Below are positions 26,467 through 36,295 of a stretch of 40,360 nucleotides of DNA, piece by piece. How positions within the stretch are numbered: position 1 is the first letter of the stretch; each line of letters opens with the position of its first letter. The translations under genes and the position numbers were made by a program. Source of the DNA: Bacteroidota bacterium (lineage in GTDB: Bacteria > Bacteroidota > Bacteroidia > Bacteroidales > VadinHA17); assembly GCA_037143835.1 (NCBI GenBank), contig JBAWXY010000002.1, positions 1 to 40,360 of the forward strand, written 5' to 3'. The notes below the pieces were generated by a model. That model saw only the letters and a list, made by a program, of their open reading frames with translations. It made no database searches and was not told the DNA's origin.

Positions 26467-29400
26467 TTGGGATCAGGGATATCATATAAAAATCTTCTGG
26501 TATTTTCATATCTTGTACTGTTCGCTTCATTCATCTTAAAGTCCACAGAAGCAAGTAGTCAGACTGTTTTACAGGCTGCCGGGGCAGTTGACACAACCCG
26601 CAGATCAGTTTTGAAATTAAAAGATAATTCCGGAATCCCCTGGGAACCAAAACAAAAGGCTCCTCTTTTCCTCGATAATCCGTCAAATTTTAAATCGACT
26701 GTAATTTATGACCCTGATAAGAATGAATACATTCTTTATCAGAAAATTGGAGCTTTCGATTATCGGACACCTGTACATATGAGCCCGGAAGAATTCCGGA
26801 AGTATGAGTATAGCAGAGCAATACGCGACTACTGGCAATCACGTATTTCCGGAGATGAATCAGATTTCAGGTCAAACCTGATCCCACAGATCGAAATCGG
26901 TGGTGCAGCATTCGATAAGATATTCGGCAGCAACACAATCAATATTATCCCCCAGGGATCAGCTGAACTGATCTTTGGGATTAATATTTCCCGGACTCAA
27001 AACCCGGCACTTTCGGAAAAACTCCAAACAATATCTACATTCGATTTCAAAGAAAAAATTCAGATGAATGTCACCGGTACAATTGGTGACAAAGTGCAGC
27101 TGGGTGTCAATTATAATACTGATGCCATGTTTGAGTTTGAGAACAGGACTAAACTACAATATGCAGGTAAGGAAGATGAAATACTAAAAAAAGTTGAGGT
27201 TGGAGACGTTACACTTCCTCTTACCGGGACCCTGATCACTGGAAGCTATAGTCTGTTTGGACTTAAGACAGAAATGCAATTCGGAAAATTGACCATTACT
27301 ACAGTACTTTCGCAGCAAAAGGGACAATCGTCAGTAATTGATGTTAAGGGAGGCGCTCAATTAACAGATTTTGAGGTGTATGCCGATGAGTATGAAGCAA
27401 ACCGGCATTTCTTTCTTTCACAATATTTCAGGGATACTTATGATGAAGCATTGAAGAACCTGCCGGTTGTCAGTTCAGGTATAAACATTGAGAGGATTGA
27501 AGTCTGGGTCACAAATAAGTCAAGCCGCTTTGAGGAAGCCAGCAACAGGAATATAGTTGCTTTTATGGATCTTGCTGAAAATGCGAACCATATTTTCAAC
27601 AAAATCCCGGCATTTCAGCAACCCCCGGGTGCAATGATGTACCCTGATAATAATACGAACAGATTGTATGAGCTGCTTACTACTTCTTATGGAATGATAA
27701 GAGATGTTGACCAGGTCACGAATGCATTTGACCCTTTATATCCTGGTTTCCAGATCGGACGCGATTTTGAGAAGATAGAAAACGCCAGAAAACTTAATGA
27801 AAGGGAATATTATTTCAACAGGCAATTAGGGTATATTTCGTTGAACACTTCCCTGAATACCGATGAGGTTCTTGCAGTAGCTTATGAATATACACTTGGA
27901 GGTCAGATATTTAAAGTAGGAGAGTTTTCAACTGACGGGATCAGTGCCCCGCAGACTCTGATTCTTAAACTACTTAAAGGAACCACCTTAAGCCCCAAAC
28001 TGCCAACGTGGGATCTGATGATGAAGAACGTATATTCCCTCGGCTCCGGGAAACTTGAAAGAAAGGATTTTGAATTGAATGTTCTTTATCAGGACGATAA
28101 GACAGGTAATTCAATCAACTACCTCCCTGAAGGAAAGCTTGCAGATAAGATACTCCTGCAGGTAATGGGGCTCGACAATCTGAATTCACAGCTTGACAGG
28201 GAGCCCGATGGCTATTTTGATTTTATTGATGGCGTTACGGTTATGCTTGACAGGGGGAAAATTATCTTCCCTGTAATTGAACCATTCGGAACCCATCTTA
28301 AAAAAATGATTGCCGATCCTAAACTGGTCAGCAAATATGTTTTTCAGGAACTTTATGATTCAACTCAAACTGTTGCCCGCCAGATGGCTGAGAAAAACAA
28401 ATTCAAACTGACAGGACAATACTCATCTGAATCAGGATCAGAGATAAGACTTAATGCATCGAGCATTCCACAGGGAGCCGTAAAGGTAACTGCAGGAGGA
28501 GTCCCGCTGACTGAAAATACTGATTATACAGTTGATTATAATATGGGTACGGTAAGAATAATTAACAGCGCTCTCATTGAATCGCAAACGCCAATCCAGG
28601 TTTCTCTGGAAAGCAATCAGTTTTTTGGATTCCAGACAAAAACTCTTGTCGGTACACATCTCGACTACAGAGTTTCAGATAACTTCGATATCGGTGGAAC
28701 AATACTTCACCTGACAGAAAGACCATATACCCAGAAAGTCAACTTTGGCGAGGAACCGATTTCAAATACAATCTGGGGATTAAATACTTCATACAAATCG
28801 CAATCACAATTACTCACAAAGATCATTGACAAAATACCGCTTCTCGACACAAAAACTCCTTCAACATTTTCCTTTTTTGGTGAGTTTGCTAATCTGATTC
28901 CCGGTCATTCAAGGGCAATATCAAATGCCGGGAATTCATATATCGACGATTTTGAAGCCAGTGAAATACCCCTGGATCTTAAATCATTTAATGCCTGGAC
29001 AATTGCCAGTATTCCGCAGGGGCAGGATCTGCTTTTTCCTGAAGCCAGATTTAATAACAACCTTGTAAGCGGATTTAACAGAGCTAAATTAGCCTGGTAC
29101 GTAATTGACCCGCTTTTTTTACGTAACGGATCATCAACCCCAAATCATATTAAACAAAATCCTGATGAACAGTCAAGCCATTTTGTAAGAGAGATATACG
29201 AAAATGAAATTTTCCCTTACAGAGAAAGCCCCAGTGGAATTCCCACGAATATAACCGTCTTGAACCTTGCTTATTATCCAGACGAAAAGGGTGCTAATAA
29301 CTATGATACTAATCCGGGTTTGTATTCTGAAGGGATGAACTCAGGCGGTAAGCTTAATGATCCTAAATCGAGATGGGGAGGTATGATGAGAGAGGTTCTG

Positions 29401-32400
29401 ACCAGCGATTTTGAGACTGCCAATATTCAATATGTAAAGTTCTGGGTGATGGATCCTTTTGTTGAAAATCCCAATCATGAGGGGGGAGACCTGTATATTA
29501 ATCTTGGAAATATTTCTGAAGATATTTTGCGCGATTCAAGGAAAAGTTTTGAGAATGGACTCCCGGGTTCACCTGTTGTAAAAAATATTGATACTACTGC
29601 ATGGGGAAGAGTACCAACTGTTCAGGCTGTGGTTCATGCCTTTGACAATGCTCCTGAATCGCGTTTATATCAGGATGTTGGACTTGATGGATTAGGAGAC
29701 CAGGATGAACAGTCCTTTTTCAGGGATTATCTTCAGAAAGCATTACTTATCACCAGCCCTGAGGCCTACGAGGAGATATTGAACGACCCGTCAGGTGATG
29801 ATTTTCATTATTTCAGGGGATCAGATTATGATGATCAGCAGTTAGGGATCCTTGACAGGTACAAAAAATATAACGGACAGGAAGGGAACTCCCCTACATC
29901 AGAGATGTCGAAGGAACCCTATCCTACTTCCGGTTCAACATTGCCTGACATGGAAGATATTAACCGCGACAATACATTGAGTGAAACGGAGAGTTATTAT
30001 CAGTATAAAGTCAGTATGAGGCCTGAAGATCTCAAAGTAGGATCAAATTATATTGTTGATGAAATTGAATACACAGCCAAAACGGACACCGGCGGATCTA
30101 AAGTGAAATGGTATCAGTTCAAAATCCCTATTACAGATTATCAGAAAGTTGTTGGTCCGATAAAAGACTTTAAATCAATTCGTTTCATGAGGATGTTCCT
30201 CAGGGATTTCAGCGAACCTGTTATTATGCGATTTGCGAAACTTGATCTTGTGAGGGCTGAATGGAGGAAATACAATATTTCATTTATGGAAGGTGGCGAA
30301 AGGGTTACAGTGCCTGAAGCTACAGATGGTACATTTGAAATAAGTTCGGTAAGTATTGAGGAGAATTCGGGAAAAGAACCTGTTAATTATGTTTTACCGC
30401 CCGGATTTAACAGAATAACCGACCCCCAGAACCCACAGTTGAGGCAGCTCAACGAACAATCCATGGTGCTTAAGGTTCAGAATCTTGAGGATGGGGATGC
30501 CCGCGCAGCTTTCCGGAATGTCAACCTCGATATCAGACAGTATCGCAGGTTACGAATGGAGGTCCATGCTGAAGCCATGATAGGACAACCATTGCAGAAT
30601 GATGAATTGACAGCATTTATCAGAATCGGATCGGATTATAAGGGTAATTTTTATGAATACGAGATTCCTTTAAAACTTACTCCGCCAGGTCGTTATGATA
30701 ATAATTCAGATGGGAAAAGAGAAGAAGTGTGGCCGGTGGAAAATAGCTTTGATATAGATCTGTCTGTTTTACAGGATGCTAAACAGGAACGCAACAGGCA
30801 AATGCAGGAACAAGGATCATCATTAAGCGTCTCGGATGTCTTTGTTTATCCGCATGGAGGCGCGCGGATTTCAGTTTCCGGGAACCCTAATCTGAGTAAT
30901 GTGAGAGTCATTATGATAGGGGTGAGGAATCCTATTAAAACCAGAAACCAGGCTGCTGACGACGGGAATCCCAAATATGGCGAGGTGTGGATCAATGAAC
31001 TGCGACTCAGCGATTTTATTGAAAACGGAGGGTGGGCTGCCAATGCTCATTTACAAGCCCGTCTTGCCGATCTGGGTACAGTCGATATGGTCGGACAAGC
31101 CAGTACTCCAGGATGGGGAAGTATTGAGAAAAAGGTGAATGAACGAAGCAAGGAGCAGATCATGAAGTATGATATTTCATCCAGCGTAGAATTGGGAAAA
31201 TTTTTCCCTGAAAAGATTGGTGTCAGGTTTCCTGTATACGTCGGTTATTCAGAAACCAGAATTAAGCCTCAATATAATCCGCTCGATCCTGATATTCCTT
31301 TGCAGGATGCGTTAGATGGAGCTAAAAATCAAACCGTAAGAGATTCAATAAGGACTATTTCGGAGGATTTTGCAAGAAGGAAGACTATTACGGTAAGCAA
31401 TGCCGGTATAACAAAACGGGGTGAAAAACCCCATGCCTGGGACCTTGCAAACTTCACTGTAAACTACACATACAACGAGATTTACAGAAGCAATACCAAA
31501 ACCGAAATTGATCTTGAGAAGAATTACAGGGGAGGTATTAATTATGATTTCGAAGCACAACCTGCTAATGTAATGCCCTTTAAGAATGTGGAATTTTTAA
31601 ATTCCCCGGTTTTAAAGCTTATTAAAGACTTTAATTTTTATGTTTTTCCAAAAAGCTTATCATTCCGGACCGATCTGAACCGGGTTTATAATGAATTAAA
31701 AACAAGAAATATAAACAACCCATACCTAAGGGTTACCCCATCCTTCAGAAAGGATTTTGAATGGAGCAGGATTTATGATTTCAAATATGATGTTACCCGG
31801 CAGTTGAAATTTGATTTCACCGCTACAAACCTTGCCCGGATAGATGAACCATTCGGAGGTGTTGACAAAAAGAGGTACAGCGACAGTTATGAAAACTGGC
31901 GCGATTCGGTAATGGTTAATCTGAGGAATTTAGGCAGGACGACTACCTATAATCATTTTATTAATGTTACCTATACAATTCCTGTAAATAAGATTCCTCT
32001 GCTTTCGTGGGTAAATGCCAATGCCCGTTATTCTGCGAATTATACCTGGCTTGCAGGCCCGCTTTTCCCTGACAGCATGAACATCAATCTGGGGAACTCG
32101 ATTAAGAATCATAATGAGTTGACATTAAACGCAGTAGCAAACATGTCAGCACTCTACAGCAAATCGAAATTCCTTAAAAACATTGAAAATATTACACGCC
32201 CCGATGCAGTGCAGAGAATGAAGGTTGAATTAAAAACTGTTATATATGCCAGGGATAATGTAAATTTTAAAGCGAATGCTGTTAAGGCAATTAATCATAA
32301 TCTTAAAACTAAGGATGTAAAAGTTAAGATTGTCGGTAAGAGTGGTGAAGAAGTGAAAGGTATTATGAAAATTGTCGATGAGAACAAGGTCAATTTTACT

Positions 32401-33903
32401 GCTGCTGAGCAGGCTGACGGCGCACGGGTGTTAGTTGAGGGTAAGGTTAAGAAAAGCAGGAATCCGCTTACTGTTACAGGTGAATATCTGATAAGGGCCT
32501 TGATGGGAGTGAGGTCGGTAAGTCTGACTTATACATCCGCCCAGGCACAATTCCTTCCCGGATATACACCCGGAACAAAATACCTGGGAATGTCAAACTC
32601 TAATGGCATCCTTGCCCCCGGATGGCCGTTTATTCTCGGATACAGCGATAAAAACTTCTTTGATAAAGCAGTCACAAATGGTTGGATTTCAACAGATACT
32701 TTGCTTAATACCCCTGCATCATACAATAATAAACTCGACATTTCTGCCCGCAGTCTTGTAGAACCATTTCCTGGTTTGAGGATTGATATCAATGCTGACA
32801 GAAGATATTTAGAGGCAGTAAGTTCATATTATGTTGCCGATAATAATGGAAATTTCCCCGACAGTACGCGTAACCGCATTATTTCCGGTAACTTCTCTAT
32901 CTCCGTTATTTCATGGGGAACTGCCTTCGAAAAGATATCGAAGGAGAATGATTACGTATCTCCTACATTTGAAGCTTTTAAGAATAATGCCATTATTATA
33001 TCGGAAAGGAGAGCCGCGGAAAGACAGAAGATAGATCCGGGTTATGACCCTTATACTGATCCGCTAACTGGTAACCCGGTAGAAGGGCCATTTAAAAGCG
33101 GATACGGGAACACCTCCAGAGAGGTTTTAATACCGGCATTTATTGCTGCTTATACAAAATCAAATCCCAAAAAAGTGGGACTTGAAACTTTTCCCGGGGC
33201 TTTAAGAATGATGCCAAACTGGCGAATAAATTTTGATGGCTTATCGAAGTTCGAATTTATACAAAGAACATTCAGATCTGTGAACCTGATGCATCAGTAC
33301 AGAAGCACTTATCAGATCGGTTCATTTACTACAAACATGAGTTATGAAGTCGATGGCGGTGGCATAAACAGGATAAGGGACCTTCAGAACAATTATATCC
33401 AGCAATATGAAATAAATGTTGTGTCCATCAGCGAACAATTCAGTCCCCTGATAAATATAGACCTGAACTGGAAAAACAGCCTTACAACGAGATTCGAATG
33501 GAAAAAATCACGCACTGTTTCACTTAATCTTACCAGTAATCAGATAGCTGATGCAAGAATTAATGAACTTATATTCGGTGCGGGATACAGGTTTGATAAT
33601 GTTCAGATAATTATCAAAACAAGAGGCGGACAGAGAGCACTGAAAAGTGATCTGAATTTAAGACTCGATTTTTCGGTTCGAGATAATAAGACACTTGCAA
33701 GGAAGCTGGTAGAGAATGTAAACCAGCCGGTTGTTGGGCAGAAGGTATTTACTATTGGAACAACTGCTGATTATGTTCTGAGCGACAGGTTTAATCTCCA
33801 GATCTTCGCTGATCATAGTATGAATAATCCATTTGTTGCCAATACTTTTCCAACATCGAACACTAACTTCGGATTCAGTGTTAAGTTTACACTTGTTCAA
33901 TAG
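26467..33903 (+). CDS. sprA: T9SS translocon / gliding-motility protein SprA (Sov homologue)
   Basis: 2478-aa ORF with a signal peptide. Size, N-terminal conserved region (DPDKNEYILYQKIG..DYRTPVHMSPEEFRKYE) and position directly after ruvA match SprA/Sov of Bacteroidota as I remember them. The only plausible start upstream of the signal peptide is TTG at 26467. Confidence 0.9.
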   Translation: MGSGISYKNLLVFSYLVLFASFILKSTEASSQTVLQAAGAVDTTRRSVLKLKDNSGIPWEPKQKAPLFLDNPSNFKSTVIYDPDKNEYILYQKIGAFDYRTPVHMSPEEFRKYEYSRAIRDYWQSRISGDESDFRSNLIPQIEIGGAAFDKIFGSNTINIIPQGSAELIFGINISRTQNPALSEKLQTISTFDFKEKIQMNVTGTIGDKVQLGVNYNTDAMFEFENRTKLQYAGKEDEILKKVEVGDVTLPLTGTLITGSYSLFGLKTEMQFGKLTITTVLSQQKGQSSVIDVKGGAQLTDFEVYADEYEANRHFFLSQYFRDTYDEALKNLPVVSSGINIERIEVWVTNKSSRFEEASNRNIVAFMDLAENANHIFNKIPAFQQPPGAMMYPDNNTNRLYELLTTSYGMIRDVDQVTNAFDPLYPGFQIGRDFEKIENARKLNEREYYFNRQLGYISLNTSLNTDEVLAVAYEYTLGGQIFKVGEFSTDGISAPQTLILKLLKGTTLSPKLPTWDLMMKNVYSLGSGKLERKDFELNVLYQDDKTGNSINYLPEGKLADKILLQVMGLDNLNSQLDREPDGYFDFIDGVTVMLDRGKIIFPVIEPFGTHLKKMIADPKLVSKYVFQELYDSTQTVARQMAEKNKFKLTGQYSSESGSEIRLNASSIPQGAVKVTAGGVPLTENTDYTVDYNMGTVRIINSALIESQTPIQVSLESNQFFGFQTKTLVGTHLDYRVSDNFDIGGTILHLTERPYTQKVNFGEEPISNTIWGLNTSYKSQSQLLTKIIDKIPLLDTKTPSTFSFFGEFANLIPGHSRAISNAGNSYIDDFEASEIPLDLKSFNAWTIASIPQGQDLLFPEARFNNNLVSGFNRAKLAWYVIDPLFLRNGSSTPNHIKQNPDEQSSHFVREIYENEIFPYRESPSGIPTNITVLNLAYYPDEKGANNYDTNPGLYSEGMNSGGKLNDPKSRWGGMMREVLTSDFETANIQYVKFWVMDPFVENPNHEGGDLYINLGNISEDILRDSRKSFENGLPGSPVVKNIDTTAWGRVPTVQAVVHAFDNAPESRLYQDVGLDGLGDQDEQSFFRDYLQKALLITSPEAYEEILNDPSGDDFHYFRGSDYDDQQLGILDRYKKYNGQEGNSPTSEMSKEPYPTSGSTLPDMEDINRDNTLSETESYYQYKVSMRPEDLKVGSNYIVDEIEYTAKTDTGGSKVKWYQFKIPITDYQKVVGPIKDFKSIRFMRMFLRDFSEPVIMRFAKLDLVRAEWRKYNISFMEGGERVTVPEATDGTFEISSVSIEENSGKEPVNYVLPPGFNRITDPQNPQLRQLNEQSMVLKVQNLEDGDARAAFRNVNLDIRQYRRLRMEVHAEAMIGQPLQNDELTAFIRIGSDYKGNFYEYEIPLKLTPPGRYDNNSDGKREEVWPVENSFDIDLSVLQDAKQERNRQMQEQGSSLSVSDVFVYPHGGARISVSGNPNLSNVRVIMIGVRNPIKTRNQAADDGNPKYGEVWINELRLSDFIENGGWAANAHLQARLADLGTVDMVGQASTPGWGSIEKKVNERSKEQIMKYDISSSVELGKFFPEKIGVRFPVYVGYSETRIKPQYNPLDPDIPLQDALDGAKNQTVRDSIRTISEDFARRKTITVSNAGITKRGEKPHAWDLANFTVNYTYNEIYRSNTKTEIDLEKNYRGGINYDFEAQPANVMPFKNVEFLNSPVLKLIKDFNFYVFPKSLSFRTDLNRVYNELKTRNINNPYLRVTPSFRKDFEWSRIYDFKYDVTRQLKFDFTATNLARIDEPFGGVDKKRYSDSYENWRDSVMVNLRNLGRTTTYNHFINVTYTIPVNKIPLLSWVNANARYSANYTWLAGPLFPDSMNINLGNSIKNHNELTLNAVANMSALYSKSKFLKNIENITRPDAVQRMKVELKTVIYARDNVNFKANAVKAINHNLKTKDVKVKIVGKSGEEVKGIMKIVDENKVNFTAAEQADGARVLVEGKVKKSRNPLTVTGEYLIRALMGVRSVSLTYTSAQAQFLPGYTPGTKYLGMSNSNGILAPGWPFILGYSDKNFFDKAVTNGWISTDTLLNTPASYNNKLDISARSLVEPFPGLRIDINADRRYLEAVSSYYVADNNGNFPDSTRNRIISGNFSISVISWGTAFEKISKENDYVSPTFEAFKNNAIIISERRAAERQKIDPGYDPYTDPLTGNPVEGPFKSGYGNTSREVLIPAFIAAYTKSNPKKVGLETFPGALRMMPNWRINFDGLSKFEFIQRTFRSVNLMHQYRSTYQIGSFTTNMSYEVDGGGINRIRDLQNNYIQQYEINVVSISEQFSPLINIDLNWKNSLTTRFEWKKSRTVSLNLTSNQIADARINELIFGAGYRFDNVQIIIKTRGGQRALKSDLNLRLDFSVRDNKTLARKLVENVNQPVVGQKVFTIGTTADYVLSDRFNLQIFADHSMNNPFVANTFPTSNTNFGFSVKFTLVQ

Positions 33904-33910
33904 CAGTATC

Positions 33911-33941
33911 AAACCGGGAAAAAATATTTTTTCCGGTTTTT
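33911..33941 (+). terminator. Intrinsic terminator after sprA
   Basis: AAACCGGGAAAAAA-tat-TTTTTTCCGGTTT hairpin (one bulged G) running into a T-tract. Confidence 0.75.
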
Positions 33942-33958
33942 TAGAAAACGTTTGAAAT
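33942..33958. promoter_or_regulatory. Candidate transcription-factor site, copy A of an exact 17-mer (TAGAAAACGTTTGAAAT)
   Basis: Identical 17-mer at 40221-40237. Contains the palindrome AAACGTTT. Starts 104 nt upstream of the predicted -7 box of the maltose locus. Confidence 0.35.
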
Positions 33959-34045
33959 TTAGGGTATCCTGTTTTGTGGTGGGTATTTCACCAATCTGCA
34001 TGAAAATAAATGAGATATAAGGGTTATTTATCAAACCATTTTCCC

Positions 34046-34053
34046 TATTTTTG
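34046..34053 (+). promoter_or_regulatory. Candidate -7 box (TAnnTTTG) for the maltose locus
   Basis: TATTTTTG lies 54 nt upstream of the ATG at 34107. Confidence 0.4.
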
Positions 34054-34106
34054 AATGAAAACCGGAAGGTTTTTTCTTTATTTATTAAGAAAATAATTCA
34101 CTATTC

Positions 34107-35624
34107 ATGCAAAAATCAAAACCTAAACTCTCCTTTTGGCAGATATGGAACATGAGCTTCGGATTCTTCGGTATCCAGTTTGGTTTTGCCCTGCAAAATG
34201 CAAATGTCAGCAGGATATTTGAAACACTCGGGGCCAAAGTTGAAAGCATTCCCATCCTGTGGATCGCAGCACCTGTTACCGGACTTATCATCCAGCCGAT
34301 AATCGGGCATATGAGCGACAACACATGGAACAAGTTGGGGCGCCGCCGCCCTTATTTCCTTACAGGTGCAATTCTGGCATCACTATCCCTGCTGATAATG
34401 CCTAATTCATCGGTCCTGTGGATGGCAGCCGGAATGCTCTGGATAATGGACGCCTCCATAAATATCTCAATGGAACCATTCAGGGCATTCGTCGGCGATA
34501 TGCTTCCTTCCGAACAGCGCACAACCGGTTTTGCAACACAGAGTTTCTTCATTGGTACCGGAGCAGTAATTGCATCCGCACTGCCTTATATACTTACAAA
34601 ATGGTTTCATATTCAAAATACAGCACCCGAAGGACAAATTCCATTATCAGTTAAACTCTCTTTTTATATGGGTGGCGCAGTCTTCATCTCTGCTGTCCTC
34701 TGGACTGTGCTCAGAACAAAGGAATACTCGCCGGAACAACTCAGGGAATTTTCTACTGAGGAAAACCCTGAGGAAGATAAAGAATTGGATTCTGTTAAAT
34801 CGCTGGGAAGCAATGCATTTGTCAGGCGGGGGATTTACTGGATTATCGCCGGAATACTGGTCGGTGTAATTATATATTTCCGTTCGCTTGAAGCGGAATT
34901 ATACATACTATCTGCCGGCATCGCCGTTTTCGGATTGATTCAGATGATAACAGGCGGACTGATTTCCATTAGAAAAACAAAAAACGGGCTGGTTGTTGTA
35001 CTAAGGGATCTTTTCATGATGCCAAAGACCATGGGACAACTGGCTGTTGTCCAATTCTTTTCGTGGTTTGCCCTTTTCTCAATGTGGATTTATACAACCT
35101 CTGCAGTAACAAGTCATCTTTACGGGACAAAAGATCCAACAAGTGAATTATATAACCAGGGTGCAAACTGGGTTGGTGTTCTCTTTGCCGTTTATAATGG
35201 CTTTGCGGCATTGGTTGCATTTCTTCTTCCTATCCTGGCAAAGCTGACAAACAGACGTATTACTCATTCTGTCAGTCTTGTTGCAGGAGGGCTGGGATTG
35301 ATATCCATTACCCTGTTCCATAGCCCGGAGATGTTAATATTATCCATGCTTGGGATCGGCCTTGCATGGGCAAGCATACTTGCAATGCCTTATGCCATCC
35401 TTACCGGTTCGCTCCCGGCAAATAAAATGGGGACTTATATGGGTATTTTTAACTTCTTCATAGTTATTCCACAGATACTGGCAGCAAGCATCCTAGGATT
35501 CCTTGTCAGGGATGTTTTTAGCGGAGAAAGTATTTATGCACTTGTAGCAGGAGGTATTTCCATGTTCATTGCTGCAGTGATTATTCTCTTTGTGAATGAC
35601 GTGGATGAGGCAAAATCAAAATAA
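34107..35624 (+). CDS. MFS sugar:H+ symporter of the SLC45/GPH-like (sucrose/maltose transporter) type
   Basis: 505 aa with about 12 TM helices. The N-terminal block FGIQFGFALQNANVSRIF..PILWIAAPVTGLIIQPIIGHMSD..GRRRPY is typical of this group. Located in a maltose phosphorylase cluster. Confidence 0.75.
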   Translation: MQKSKPKLSFWQIWNMSFGFFGIQFGFALQNANVSRIFETLGAKVESIPILWIAAPVTGLIIQPIIGHMSDNTWNKLGRRRPYFLTGAILASLSLLIMPNSSVLWMAAGMLWIMDASINISMEPFRAFVGDMLPSEQRTTGFATQSFFIGTGAVIASALPYILTKWFHIQNTAPEGQIPLSVKLSFYMGGAVFISAVLWTVLRTKEYSPEQLREFSTEENPEEDKELDSVKSLGSNAFVRRGIYWIIAGILVGVIIYFRSLEAELYILSAGIAVFGLIQMITGGLISIRKTKNGLVVVLRDLFMMPKTMGQLAVVQFFSWFALFSMWIYTTSAVTSHLYGTKDPTSELYNQGANWVGVLFAVYNGFAALVAFLLPILAKLTNRRITHSVSLVAGGLGLISITLFHSPEMLILSMLGIGLAWASILAMPYAILTGSLPANKMGTYMGIFNFFIVIPQILAASILGFLVRDVFSGESIYALVAGGISMFIAAVIILFVNDVDEAKSK

Positions 35625-35626
35625 TT

Positions 35627-36295
35627 GTGATGCGGACAAGTGCATGTATTTTTGATCTTGACGGAGTAATTGTTGATACTGCAAAGTACCATTTTCTGGC
35701 ATGGAAAAAGCTTGCCGATCAGATTGGCATAATCTTTACTGAAAATGATAATGAACGGCTGAAGGGGGTCAGCCGCATGGATTCTCTTGAGATAATCCTC
35801 GAAATCGGAGACCGGAAGCTGAACAATAAGCTGAAACATGACTATGCAACTCTTAAGAATAACTGGTATGTGAACTATATAAGCAGGATGACTCCTGATG
35901 ATATCCTTCCGGGGTGTCTTGAATTTATAAATGAACTCAGAAATGCCGGGATCCTTGTGGCAATCGGATCGGCAAGTAAAAATACTCCTATGATCCTTGA
36001 AAGGGTTGGTATTAAGGAACTATTCAATGCAGTGGCAGACGGTAATATTGTAAGTAACGCAAAACCAGACCCTGAGGTTTTTATAAAAGCTGCAAAAATG
36101 GTCGGCATTGAACCTGGAAATTGCGTTGTATTTGAAGACGCAGTTGCAGGCGTGCAGGCCGCACTTAATGCAGGGATGATGTGTATAGGGATTGGATCCT
36201 CAAGGATTTTAAGTGAGGCTCATTATGTTGTTTCAGGTTTAAATGAAATGAACCTTGAAAAATTAAAAACTATTGAAAAAAATATCCGGTTATGA
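35627..36295 (+). CDS. pgmB: Beta-phosphoglucomutase (HAD superfamily)
   Basis: 222 aa. Blocks FDLDGVIVDTAKYHFLAWKKLA, RLKGVSRMDSLEIIL, GSASKN and FEDAVAGVQAA. The start is GTG at 35627 or ATG at 35630. Overlaps the next gene by ATGA. Confidence 0.9.
   Translation: MMRTSACIFDLDGVIVDTAKYHFLAWKKLADQIGIIFTENDNERLKGVSRMDSLEIILEIGDRKLNNKLKHDYATLKNNWYVNYISRMTPDDILPGCLEFINELRNAGILVAIGSASKNTPMILERVGIKELFNAVADGNIVSNAKPDPEVFIKAAKMVGIEPGNCVVFEDAVAGVQAALNAGMMCIGIGSSRILSEAHYVVSGLNEMNLEKLKTIEKNIRL

Noticed and set aside
26034-26546. A 170-aa minus-strand ORF overlapping ruvA and the start of sprA
   Set aside because: It is antisense to two confidently identified genes. Its Ser/Leu/Ile-rich composition is typical of shadow frames.
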